Assembly (NCBI GenBank): GCA_034440375.1
Contig: JAWXBZ010000020.1
Location: 1-41,116, forward strand
Source: Candidatus Eiseniibacteriota bacterium
Lineage (GTDB): Bacteria; Eisenbacteria; RBG-16-71-46; JABDJR01; JAWXBZ01
Length of the DNA: 41,116 bases
Direction: 5' to 3'
Shown piece by piece: positions 9,810 to 18,921 of this stretch (position 1 is its first letter; every line of letters begins with the position of its first letter). The translations under genes and the position numbers were made by a program. The notes under the pieces were generated by a model, which saw nothing but the letters and a program-made list of their open reading frames with translations, had not been told where the DNA came from and searched no databases.

Positions 9810-10700
9810 ATGATCGGCCAGACTGTCGGCCATTACCGCGTCCTGGAATTCCTCGGCCACGGGGAGTCCGGGGCGGTGTATCGCGCCGAGGACCTGATCC
9901 GGCATCGACTGGTGGCGCTGAAGATCCTGCCGGCCCCCTTGTTTCGGGATCCGACGCTGGCTCAACGCCTGGAGTCGAATCTCAACACCGCCGCTGCTCT
10001 GGACCATCCGGCGATTCCACGAATCTACGACGTGGGAAATGACGAGCAGTTTCGATACGTGGCGATGCAGCTCATCGAGGGCACGACCCTGGAAGCCCGG
10101 CTCCGCAAAGGCCCGCTACCCCCTGAGGAGGCCGTCAGCATTACCTGGGAGGTGGCCGCGGCCCTCGACACCGCGCATCAAGCCAGATTGATTCACGGCG
10201 ATTTGAAGCCCGCCGACATCGTTCTGACGCCGGGCGGCGTGCGTGTTCACGGTTTCGGATCGACGCACCAGCCGGCGCAGGAGCAGGGGGTTGGCGTGGC
10301 ACACGACCTGTGGCGCCTGGGTGGCCTGATCTATGAGATGTTGACCGGCCGTCAGCCCTTCGGCCGGGGCGATTCGCCGAACGCCATCCGATCAGCTGAC
10401 TCGGCGGACCTTGTACCTCCGGGCGCCCTGCGTCGCGGCATCCCACAAAGCCTGGATCGTGCCATCGCCATGGCCCTCAGCATTGATGCATCGGTACGCC
10501 CCCGGACGGCGCTCGAATTTCAGCGGGCCCTCCAGGAGGCCGGAACCGATCTGAACGCGCTCGTTCTGGCCAGGGCCCCCCTGACCCGCCGCCGCCGACG
10601 CCATTTCGGTTTACTGGTACCGACCGTGACATCCATCGTCTTCCTGGTCATCGTCTGGTTTCTCTGGCAGGCGATGCAGGGAGAGCTGCAGGGGAATTAG
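9810..10700 (+). CDS. Hanks-type Ser/Thr kinase-fold protein with degenerate catalytic motifs (pseudokinase), C-terminal TM anchor
   Basis: LGHGESGAVY, VALKIL, IHGDLKPAD, HGFG, DLWRLG, YEMLTGRQPF; RRRRRH followed by hydrophobic helix. Confidence 0.85.
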   Translation: MIGQTVGHYRVLEFLGHGESGAVYRAEDLIRHRLVALKILPAPLFRDPTLAQRLESNLNTAAALDHPAIPRIYDVGNDEQFRYVAMQLIEGTTLEARLRKGPLPPEEAVSITWEVAAALDTAHQARLIHGDLKPADIVLTPGGVRVHGFGSTHQPAQEQGVGVAHDLWRLGGLIYEMLTGRQPFGRGDSPNAIRSADSADLVPPGALRRGIPQSLDRAIAMALSIDASVRPRTALEFQRALQEAGTDLNALVLARAPLTRRRRRHFGLLVPTVTSIVFLVIVWFLWQAMQGELQGN

Positions 10701-11866
10701 GCGGTGTTCGTCCCCGAGGCAAAGATCGTCTCGTCGTAGAGGGCGTCCACGAATTCGGAGAACGGCAGGATCAGGACGTTTCCCTGTCGGAGCCGGTTTT
10801 TCCCCTGGTAAACCCCGAAGCCGCTGACGAGACTCCCCTGTTCGATCAGTTCGTTTGTTGCCCGACTCCACTCGGATTTCCAAGTGTTCGTCGACTTTAC
10901 CTCGATGCCGATGTTCCGATCGCCCCGGGACCAGATGAAATCGATTTCCTTGCCGGAAGGTGTGCGCCAGTACGAGATGCGTCCGCCTTTTCCCTGGTAG
11001 CTGTCGGCGGCCGCCAGTTCGTGCAGCACCAGCGTTTCGAAGAGCACCCCCTTTTCCAGATCACCGACCCTCTCCTGCTCACGCCCCATCAATGTCCGGA
11101 TCACGCCGCAGTCGAAGAAATAGAACTTCGGATGGCTTGTCTCCTTGATGCGCACGCGCGGCTGCCAGCCGCGGACCCAGACTCCGATCAGCGTATCAAT
11201 CAGGACCTCGAAGTAGCGTTGCACGGTGGGGCGAGATACTCCGCTGTCCCGGGCCAGGCTGGCCACGTTGATGATCTGCCCGTTCATGATGGCGGCCACC
11301 TCGAGGAATCGACTGAACGGCCCAAGGTCCCGGACCAGTGCCTCCTGCTGAACCTCCTGCTGGAGGTAGTTCAGGGCATAGGCCTGCAGGAGATCCGGAG
11401 CGTGCTCCGGCTCGTTGACCACTTTCGGCAACAACCCGAATTGAAGGGCCCGCTCAAGGTCGAAGGAAACTCCGATCTCGCGCGAGGTCAGCGGAAACAT
11501 GCAGCGATTGACCACGCGTCCCGCAAGCAGGTTCGTGTCCATGCGCTTCAGCTTGCGCGCGCTCGAACCGCTCAGGGCAAATCGATACCGGTTTTCATGG
11601 CGCGCGATCAAGTCGTGCACTTGATCCAGCAAGATCGGGAGCCTTTGCACTTCATCCACCACGACCCAGCTGCCTGACTCAAGCGCCTCGACTCGCTCGG
11701 TCAGCAGCTGCGGGTTTCTCGAAAGCTGCAGGTAGAGCGCCGTATCGAGGAGATCGAACCAGTGCGCCCGGGGAAACGCATGGCGCAACCAGGTCGACTT
11801 CCCGGTCCCGCGGGGGCCAAAGAGAAAAAAGGAGTGATCAGGAGGCTGGAGCGCTCGTTGATACAT
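10697..11866 (-). CDS. AAA+ ATPase (AAA_14 type) with C-terminal DUF4143 PD-(D/E)XK-like domain
   Basis: GPRGTGKS Walker A, VVVDEVQ Walker B, SGSS, PKFYFFDCG, EIDFI...IEVK; start at MYQRAL. Confidence 0.88.
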   Translation of the reverse strand: MYQRALQPPDHSFFLFGPRGTGKSTWLRHAFPRAHWFDLLDTALYLQLSRNPQLLTERVEALESGSWVVVDEVQRLPILLDQVHDLIARHENRYRFALSGSSARKLKRMDTNLLAGRVVNRCMFPLTSREIGVSFDLERALQFGLLPKVVNEPEHAPDLLQAYALNYLQQEVQQEALVRDLGPFSRFLEVAAIMNGQIINVASLARDSGVSRPTVQRYFEVLIDTLIGVWVRGWQPRVRIKETSHPKFYFFDCGVIRTLMGREQERVGDLEKGVLFETLVLHELAAADSYQGKGGRISYWRTPSGKEIDFIWSRGDRNIGIEVKSTNTWKSEWSRATNELIEQGSLVSGFGVYQGKNRLRQGNVLILPFSEFVDALYDETIFASGTNTA

Positions 11867-11976
11867 ACGCGAGCATAATGACTGGAAAAATGATCGCTTA
11901 CTATACAAAAATATTAAGTTATTAAAACAAATCAACTTACTGGTTCATCAACAACCGCTTGAACGGTCTTTGCCCC

Positions 11977-13503
11977 TCACCGCACCAGCAGCTTCGTCGT
12001 CCGCCGCTCCCCGGCCGCATCCAGTGATACCAGGTAGGTCCCCATGGCCAGTCCGTCGGGATTCCATCGCACTTCGTGCGATCCCGCCGGAAAATAACCT
12101 TCCTTCAGCGTGGCCACGTTCCGGCCGCTGACATCGAAGACGCGGAGGCTGACGCCGCTTTCGCGGCCGAGCTGGAAGCGGATCGAACGCTGACCGCGGC
12201 CCGGATTGGGCGTCGGCGCGAACAGGTGCGTCACGCTGACCGGAGGGGCTTCCGGCACGCCGGTCTGTGTGAGAAACGGCAGCCAGGGGAACGAGCCGAA
12301 CAGGACATCCTCGACGACGGAAGGCGCGGTGCCCATCCACCCCTGGAGAACGGTGCCGTAAACCGAGCGGTAATCGGCCTGGATGTACAGGTTTCCGGTC
12401 GGGTCGAGCGAGGCGAGGTTGGGTGGCGCCCCGATCAATCCGCCGTCGATTCCCTGGCCGATCAGAAACCAGGGCGCCGATGTTCCATGGTCAGTGCCGG
12501 AACTTCCGTTTTCGGAGGGGCGTCGGCCGAACTCGGACACAGTCATGACCAGGACATCCTCGGCCCGCCCCATCGCATCGAGATCGGACACAAACGCGGC
12601 CACGCCGGCCGCCATCTCACCGAGCAGCGTGGCATGGGTGGTGAGCTGGCTGCCATGGGTGTCGTAGCCGCTCTGGGCGGTCAGGTAGACCGGCGTACCC
12701 ATCTGGCCGTCGATCAGGCGGGCCACCGTGGCCAGCTGGTTGGCGATTCGCGTGTTGGGGTAGGTCACCAGGTTGGTGCCGAGGTCGGCGGCGCTCTGTA
12801 TGACGCCGGCGTACTGGAACGACTGCTCGTCGATTGTTCGCACGAAGTTCAGTTCGTCGCCGGCCGGGGTCTGGGGCAGTTCGTCGCTGAAACTGCCGGT
12901 GTAATTGTTGTTGACGAGATTGTAAAACGTACTCGGATTGTCGACGACGACACCGGTGGTGCCGCGGTTGCCGTTCAGGACGAGGCCGGCGCTGAAGCCC
13001 TGCTGCAGGGCCATCGGAGCGCTCGGCAGCGTGTCCGGGAATCCGGGATGCAGGGCCTCCAGCCATCTCGCCATCCAGCCGGTGGAGATGACATCCTGGC
13101 TGCTGGATGCCGAGAACATGATGTCGGTGGCGCGGAAGTGGCTCAAATTCATGTTCGGATAGCCGACGTCGCGGATGATGCTGACCCGTCCCTGGTTCCA
13201 CAGGGGCAGCAACGGAGAAAGGGATGGGTGCAGGCCCGTTGTTCCCATGTCGAGGTCGAGGAGCTGCGCGGTCGGCAGGTTCAGGACGGGGCGCTTGGTG
13301 GCGTAAAGGGGATCGTTATACGGAACGACCGTGTTCAGGCCGTCGTTGCCCCCCTGCAGAACCACCATCACCAGGATTTTGTTGCCGGTCACGGAACTCT
13401 GGCCGGCGAGGGCGCGCTGCGTCAGAGGCCACCAGACGCTGGAACCCGCCCAGCCTCCGGCAAGGAGGCCGCCGGTTCGTGTCAGGAAGTCACGCCGTTT
13501 CAT
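11977..13503 (-). CDS. DUF1501 protein with Tat signal and C-terminal FlgD-Ig/T9SS-type domain
   Basis: MKRRDFL; LQGGNDGLNTVVPY, SHFRATDI, GYDTH, SEFGRR, GTDHG; tail PNP...LRVFDVSGRNVATL...GTYLVSL...KLLVR. Confidence 0.9.
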   Translation of the reverse strand: MKRRDFLTRTGGLLAGGWAGSSVWWPLTQRALAGQSSVTGNKILVMVVLQGGNDGLNTVVPYNDPLYATKRPVLNLPTAQLLDLDMGTTGLHPSLSPLLPLWNQGRVSIIRDVGYPNMNLSHFRATDIMFSASSSQDVISTGWMARWLEALHPGFPDTLPSAPMALQQGFSAGLVLNGNRGTTGVVVDNPSTFYNLVNNNYTGSFSDELPQTPAGDELNFVRTIDEQSFQYAGVIQSAADLGTNLVTYPNTRIANQLATVARLIDGQMGTPVYLTAQSGYDTHGSQLTTHATLLGEMAAGVAAFVSDLDAMGRAEDVLVMTVSEFGRRPSENGSSGTDHGTSAPWFLIGQGIDGGLIGAPPNLASLDPTGNLYIQADYRSVYGTVLQGWMGTAPSVVEDVLFGSFPWLPFLTQTGVPEAPPVSVTHLFAPTPNPGRGQRSIRFQLGRESGVSLRVFDVSGRNVATLKEGYFPAGSHEVRWNPDGLAMGTYLVSLDAAGERRTTKLLVR

Positions 13504-13513
13504 GGTGCCCCTT

Positions 13514-15214
13514 TCACTTGAGCTGGTAGTCGGGAAGGCGCATGACGAATCGATACAGGTCTCGAAGTCGACTCACCGCATCCGGGTCGTCGATCGACCA
13601 GTTCTCCGGGAGCTGGCCCTGCAGCAGTTCGGACGCCATCTGTTCGAGGACCAGCTCCGTCGGCTTCTGGCCGAAGCAGAGCAGGGCGAGGTCCTCGACC
13701 AGGAGGTCCACATTGTTGGGATCGCGGAAGCGCCTCGTTTCGGCATCGACATCGAGGATGAAGCCGAGGGATTGCGTGCTGGTGTACTTTCCGTCGACGA
13801 TCATCACGCTGTACTTCTTGCGGTTCGGCAGCGAGTTCGAGTTGATCCAGTTGCGATGTCCGGGCCAGCCGCTGACGTCCGGTGGGTCGAGCAGCAGGTG
13901 GCCGTAGGTGTTCATCTGATTGGTGATCCAGTTTCGTTGCGTGAGCGGGGTCGTGATCATCGGGTCGAACCCGGTGACATGCCAGCGGCGGATCTGGCCG
14001 GAAAAGAGATCGGCGCCATCGCGGACGATCGAACCGTGAAGTCGGGCATCCAGGAAATGATCGCTATTTAGAATCTGCAAAAGGACCGGGCGGATCTCGT
14101 AATTATTCTCGCGCAGGGTCCGCGCCAGCGCCGTGACATCAGCCGGGGGCGGCTCGTCGTCCACGAACCAGCGATAGAGCTTGGCGCAGAAATATTCCGC
14201 GGTGGCATCCTGTTCGAAGAGGATGCGGACAAAGTCGTCCATCCCCCAGTTGCCGGCCTGGCCCCGGATGGTCTTGACGCCCGTGTCGTGCCGACTGGTG
14301 GTCAGGTAACTGACGAGGCCGTCCGTTTGCCACCCCGTGCAGGCGCGCGCCGCCTCGGTCACGTCCGTCTGGGTGTAACCGGAGCCCTCTCCCATCGTGA
14401 AAAGCTCGAACATCTCACGGGAAAAATTTTCATTCGGGGCCTGCTTCCTGTTCAGGCGGCCGTCCAGCATGACCAGCATGGCCGGGTCGGTGCCGATGGC
14501 CCGGGCCAGTGTCTTGAAATTGCCGAGCGCGTGCTGACGGAGCAGCGCGTTCTGGATGTACATGCTCTGCGGCGTATACACGGCGGCCATGCGCGTGGCG
14601 AAGTGGTCATGCCAGAACAGCGTCATCGTTTCGCGCAGACTGGCCGGCTCCTGGGCAATCGTCCGGGACCACCACATGCGCAGGAGTTTCTGGCGCTCAC
14701 GGTACAGCGTATCGAGCGAGTCCTTCATGGCCGCAGTCCAGCCGGTCTGATTTGGGACCGGCTCCGTGGCCCAGGCGCCCGGTGCGACGGGCGTGGGCGG
14801 GCTGACCAGGAGATCCTGCACGGCCCCCTGAAGTCCGCGATTCCGGGCCCACTCGAACTCCTCATAACGCGGGCCGACCAGAGCCCGATTCATGAGATGG
14901 GCAGCCTCCTCGAGGGTGAGTTGACCCTCGTGGGCGCGCCAGCCGACGGCCATGGTCGTGCCGCCGCCCCCCGAACCACCGGCATCCATTGGCCGACCGG
15001 CGTCCGCCCTCACCAGCGGTTGGCGCAGCGGCGGAACCTCTCGCCGGGCGTCGATCAGTTCTTCGAAGGCCGCAATGCGGGCGGCACTTGCCGGGTCGAC
15101 GGCGTCGGGGACGGAGTCAAGGTCAGGTTCAACGGCCCGGGCCGAAATTGACCCAAAGGCGACCGGCAGAATGCCCGCCAGGACCGTGCATTGAAGCAGG
15201 TATCGTCGGATCAT
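13514..15214 (-). CDS. DUF1800 family exported protein
   Basis: LRETMTLFWHDHFAT, DPAMLVMLD, PNENFSREMFELFTMG, PPDVSGWP, PDYQLK; GGAGG RBS before ATG 15214. Confidence 0.9.
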   Translation of the reverse strand: MIRRYLLQCTVLAGILPVAFGSISARAVEPDLDSVPDAVDPASAARIAAFEELIDARREVPPLRQPLVRADAGRPMDAGGSGGGGTTMAVGWRAHEGQLTLEEAAHLMNRALVGPRYEEFEWARNRGLQGAVQDLLVSPPTPVAPGAWATEPVPNQTGWTAAMKDSLDTLYRERQKLLRMWWSRTIAQEPASLRETMTLFWHDHFATRMAAVYTPQSMYIQNALLRQHALGNFKTLARAIGTDPAMLVMLDGRLNRKQAPNENFSREMFELFTMGEGSGYTQTDVTEAARACTGWQTDGLVSYLTTSRHDTGVKTIRGQAGNWGMDDFVRILFEQDATAEYFCAKLYRWFVDDEPPPADVTALARTLRENNYEIRPVLLQILNSDHFLDARLHGSIVRDGADLFSGQIRRWHVTGFDPMITTPLTQRNWITNQMNTYGHLLLDPPDVSGWPGHRNWINSNSLPNRKKYSVMIVDGKYTSTQSLGFILDVDAETRRFRDPNNVDLLVEDLALLCFGQKPTELVLEQMASELLQGQLPENWSIDDPDAVSRLRDLYRFVMRLPDYQLK

Positions 15215-15275
15215 CCGGGACGTCCTCCGCGCGGGATGTCGCACGAGCCAGAGGAAGCAGCAGGGTTTGTGCCGG

Positions 15276-16670
15276 TCAGTCGAATTCGATCGTCTCGAAC
15301 CGCATCGGCCGTTCCGCTTGGATGCCGAACTTCTGCTGAACCAGTTCGGCAAAGGCATCACGGGCTTTCGGTTCACCGTGTGTCAGGACGATACGGGGCT
15401 TGTCCTTCGCCGGCACCGCCAGCCAGTCGGCCAGTTCGCCACGGCCGGCGTGGGCCGAGAAGCCACCCAGCGTGTGGACCTTGGCCTTGACCACGATCCG
15501 CTCGCCGTGAATCGAAACCTCCGGATCGCCGGAAACCAGGCGAGAGCCCAGCGTTCCCTTGGCCTGGTAGCCGACAATCAACACGTCCGTATCATCCCGC
15601 CAGAGATTGTGGCGTAGGTGGTGAACGATACGTCCCCCGGTGGCCATTCCCGATCCGGCAATGATCATCATCGGGCCATTCTGCTCGTTGAGGGCCCGGG
15701 ACTGGTCAGCCGATTCGGTGAATTGAAGCCCGGCCATGTCGCGGATGGATTGATGCTTCTTCGTCAAATCGATGGATTCTTCGTCGAACAGGTCCTGGTA
15801 TCTCGAATACAGCTCGGTGGCGTGGATGGCCATCGGGCTGTCGAGATAGATGGGAAAGACGGGGAGGCCCCCCTCCCGCACCATTCGGGCGATGTAAAAA
15901 AGAATCATCTGGGTTCGGCCGATGGCGAAGGCCGGGATCAGGATCTTGCGCCGCCCGGCCACGGCGGCGGACAGGATCGAATGGAACTCGACGAGCGTGG
16001 CGGCCAGGTCGCGATGGTCCCGATCACCGTAGGTCGTCTCCATGATGACCAGGTCGGCGTGCGGCACCGGCACCGGATCGTGAAGGAATGGCACGCCGCG
16101 CGGACCGACATCCCCGGAGAAAGCGATGACCCGCTTCTTTCCACCCTCCTCGATCGTCATTTCCAGGCTGGCCGAGCCGAGAATGTGGCCGGCGTCCAGC
16201 GGCCGAACGGTGATGCCGGCCGCCACCGACATCGATTCGCCATATTGAAAGGGGCGCGCCAGCGGCCTCAACCTGTCGACGTCGTCACTCGTGTACAGCG
16301 GATCGATCGGTCCCTTGCCGACGCGGGCGCGTTTGCGCGAAAGGCGTCGGGCATCCCCCTCCTGGAGGCGGCCGGAGTCCTCGAGAACGAGCGTGGTGAA
16401 ATCGCAACTCGCCGGCGTAGCCCAGATCGGTGCCTTCAGACCGCGGCGCGCCAGGAGCGGCAGACGTCCCGTATGGTCCAGGTGGGCGTGCGTCAGGACA
16501 ATCGCGTCCAGGCGGCCCGGATCGACCGGCCTGATATCCAGGTTCTTGGCATGGGTGGAATCGGGCCCCTGGAACATGCCGAAATCAACGAGGACCCGGG
16601 CCGATGCCGTCTCGACGAGATAACCCGAGCCGGTCACTTCACCGGCGGCGCCACAGAAGGTGATTTTCAT
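15276..16670 (-). CDS. metallo-beta-lactamase-fold beta-CASP ribonuclease
   Basis: GAAGEVTGS, THAHLDHTG, AGHILGS, SGD, METTYG, GFSAHAG, HGE. Confidence 0.92.
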   Translation of the reverse strand: MKITFCGAAGEVTGSGYLVETASARVLVDFGMFQGPDSTHAKNLDIRPVDPGRLDAIVLTHAHLDHTGRLPLLARRGLKAPIWATPASCDFTTLVLEDSGRLQEGDARRLSRKRARVGKGPIDPLYTSDDVDRLRPLARPFQYGESMSVAAGITVRPLDAGHILGSASLEMTIEEGGKKRVIAFSGDVGPRGVPFLHDPVPVPHADLVIMETTYGDRDHRDLAATLVEFHSILSAAVAGRRKILIPAFAIGRTQMILFYIARMVREGGLPVFPIYLDSPMAIHATELYSRYQDLFDEESIDLTKKHQSIRDMAGLQFTESADQSRALNEQNGPMMIIAGSGMATGGRIVHHLRHNLWRDDTDVLIVGYQAKGTLGSRLVSGDPEVSIHGERIVVKAKVHTLGGFSAHAGRGELADWLAVPAKDKPRIVLTHGEPKARDAFAELVQQKFGIQAERPMRFETIEFD

Positions 16671-16746
16671 TCCAAGACTGTAGTCGATTGGCCGGGCAGT
16701 TCAAACCGGCCCGGCCGGCCGAATAGAAACGCCTCGAGAAACGGAT

Positions 16747-17898
16747 TCAGTGGCTGTCCCGAACGGCGGCGAAAAATTCATCCAGCTTGTTGGAATCGAG
16801 CCTTCCTTCGGTACGGACGCCGCTGCACAAATCGAGGCCGTGCGGGTTGACGGCGGCGATGGCCTCCCGAACGTTGGCGGCCTTGAGGCCTCCGGCCAGC
16901 CAGACCGGCACTGTCGAGGTCGAAACGATGTCCCGGCTGTGTGTCCAGTCGTGCACGCGGCCGGTGCCGCCCAACTCCGGCACCGGCAGGTTGGGGCGCC
17001 CCGAATCGAGCAGGAGCGCGTCAATGTTGGGGGCAAGTCCCAGTGCCTCGTCAACCGATTCCGGTCCGGTGACGTGGATCACCTGGACCAGTTGCACGCC
17101 GGGGAGCTGGTCACGAAGCCGGGCGTGATGGCCCGGCGGAAGGCTGTCGACGATTTGTATGGTGCGCGTCCTGACCCGGGCGTGCTGCGCAACGATGGCG
17201 TCCGCATCCCGCAGGCTGGTCAGGCAGAAAGTGTCGACGTGGGCGGGCACCGATGCCGAAACAAGGGCGATCATCGATTCATCGATCGGGCCCGGTCCGC
17301 TGGGCATGGCCGACACGAGGCCGATTGCCGAGGCCCCCGCCTGGAGGGCCATGGCCGCTTCGTCCGGATCAGCGATGCAGCAGATCTTGACCCGCGGGCG
17401 GACCGGCTTCGACAGGACGACACTGTTGTAGTTGACCGCCGTCCAGGTGATCGGCTCGACGATTGCGTAGCCGTAACGCTGGTACAGGTTGATGAGATGC
17501 GTGGCCCGGTCCGACGTATCGAGCGCCAGGTGGCGGAAGCCGCGCCGCCAGGTCAGATTCTCCGCGTGCGCCACGAGCCGCCGGGCCCACCCCTGCTCTT
17601 GAAAGATTGGTTCCACCGCCAGTTGCTGAAACGATGCCACATCGGCGCGGTCGTACCAGGGAGAGCCCTCGGTCGAGTCGGGGGGCAGCCAGGTGATCGT
17701 GCCGACGAGTCGGCCCCCCAGATCCAGCACCCAGCATTCGCCGCGGTCAATCCGCTTTCGCGTCGTCGTGTCGTCCTGCCAGGTGGCCACGAACCGGAGG
17801 CCCATGGCGGCCAGCGGCGCGTAGGCGCGATGCAAGAGGGCGGTCAGCTCGGAGATTGAATCGTCTGGCCCGAAGAGGCGCAAGGTTGGTTCAGTCAT
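16747..17898 (-). CDS. trpF: GNAT acetyltransferase fused to phosphoribosylanthranilate isomerase (TrpF-like)
   Basis: N-terminal ~165 aa GNAT (QLAVEPIFQEQGWARRLV, LYQRYGY); C-terminal RVKICCI, ALLLDSG, GGTGRVHDW, LAGGL, DLCSGV. Confidence 0.85.
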   Translation of the reverse strand: MTEPTLRLFGPDDSISELTALLHRAYAPLAAMGLRFVATWQDDTTTRKRIDRGECWVLDLGGRLVGTITWLPPDSTEGSPWYDRADVASFQQLAVEPIFQEQGWARRLVAHAENLTWRRGFRHLALDTSDRATHLINLYQRYGYAIVEPITWTAVNYNSVVLSKPVRPRVKICCIADPDEAAMALQAGASAIGLVSAMPSGPGPIDESMIALVSASVPAHVDTFCLTSLRDADAIVAQHARVRTRTIQIVDSLPPGHHARLRDQLPGVQLVQVIHVTGPESVDEALGLAPNIDALLLDSGRPNLPVPELGGTGRVHDWTHSRDIVSTSTVPVWLAGGLKAANVREAIAAVNPHGLDLCSGVRTEGRLDSNKLDEFFAAVRDSH

Positions 17899-18055
17899 CA
17901 ACTTCCCCCGTCAATGACGACACTGTTTCGCGTATACTCGGTAAGCACTTGTTAAATAACAAGTTATGCTATGTTCAAAACAGGATTGAACCGACATGAA
18001 ACGCATTCCTTCTTCTTCAGCGGAACGGACCGACGCCGGGTGGTGTCCAGTGCCA

Positions 18056-18904
18056 ATGCGTCACATCCCCAGATCCCTCCGACCCGGGCTTACCGCCCTC
18101 CTCCTGCTCACGCTCCTGGTCACGGGGCTTTCCGCATGTGCCGCTCCGCTCAATTTCACCAATCCGTCGGGGCCACTTTATCAGGGATGCGAACCGCCGC
18201 AAGCCGCGGTGACGGTAATCGAAGACGAACTCCAGGTCGTGACCTTCAACATCAGGTACTCACGGGAGATCGACAAGGCCATCGATCTGTTGAAATCAGA
18301 GCCGTCGCTGCGCTCGGCCGACATCCTGCTGCTCCAGGAAATGGACGAAGCGGGGGTTGAACGGATCGGCCGATCGCTCGACATGTGCTGGGTGTACTAC
18401 CCGGCGTCGCTGAGTCCGGCCCGCGACAACAACTTCGGCAACGCCATCCTGTCGCGGCTCCCATTGGTCAATCCGAAGAAAGTGATTCTGCCCCACCTCG
18501 GTGCGTTCGGCCGGACCCAGCGGATCGCCACCGCGGCCACCGTTGAGTTTCAAGGTTTGCCGATCCGCGTGTACAGCGTGCATATCGCCACGCAGGTCGA
18601 ACTGCAGGAGGAGCGGCGACGGGAACAGATCGTTGCGGTCCTGACCGACGCCAGCGCCAGCGGCGCCGAGCGGATCATCATCGGCGGAGATCTGAATGAC
18701 AGGCGGCTCTGCCACACCGTTTTGGATGACGGGTATGAATGGCTCACGCGGCGGATCGGCCGCACCTGCAAGATCTGGAGCCTGGATCATGTCTTTGCGC
18801 GCGGCCTGTCAGTGATCGGGGAACCGGGAAAGATCGACGACAACCGGGGCGCCAGTGATCACCGCCCGGTCTGGGCATCCATGGCCATCCGACCGGCCAG
18901 CTGA
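18056..18904 (+). CDS. endonuclease/exonuclease/phosphatase family protein, probable lipoprotein
   Basis: lipobox LSAC; TFNI, LLLQE, GNAILSR, GGDLN, LDHVF, SDH; alternative start 17996. Confidence 0.85.
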   Translation: MRHIPRSLRPGLTALLLLTLLVTGLSACAAPLNFTNPSGPLYQGCEPPQAAVTVIEDELQVVTFNIRYSREIDKAIDLLKSEPSLRSADILLLQEMDEAGVERIGRSLDMCWVYYPASLSPARDNNFGNAILSRLPLVNPKKVILPHLGAFGRTQRIATAATVEFQGLPIRVYSVHIATQVELQEERRREQIVAVLTDASASGAERIIIGGDLNDRRLCHTVLDDGYEWLTRRIGRTCKIWSLDHVFARGLSVIGEPGKIDDNRGASDHRPVWASMAIRPAS

Positions 18905-18921
18905 CCGAAGGCGATGGTCGG

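Noticed and set aside
12076-17859. Long plus-strand ORFs opposite DUF1501, DUF1800, beta-CASP and GNAT-TrpF
   Set aside because: Shadow ORFs; the minus-strand frames carry the family motifs
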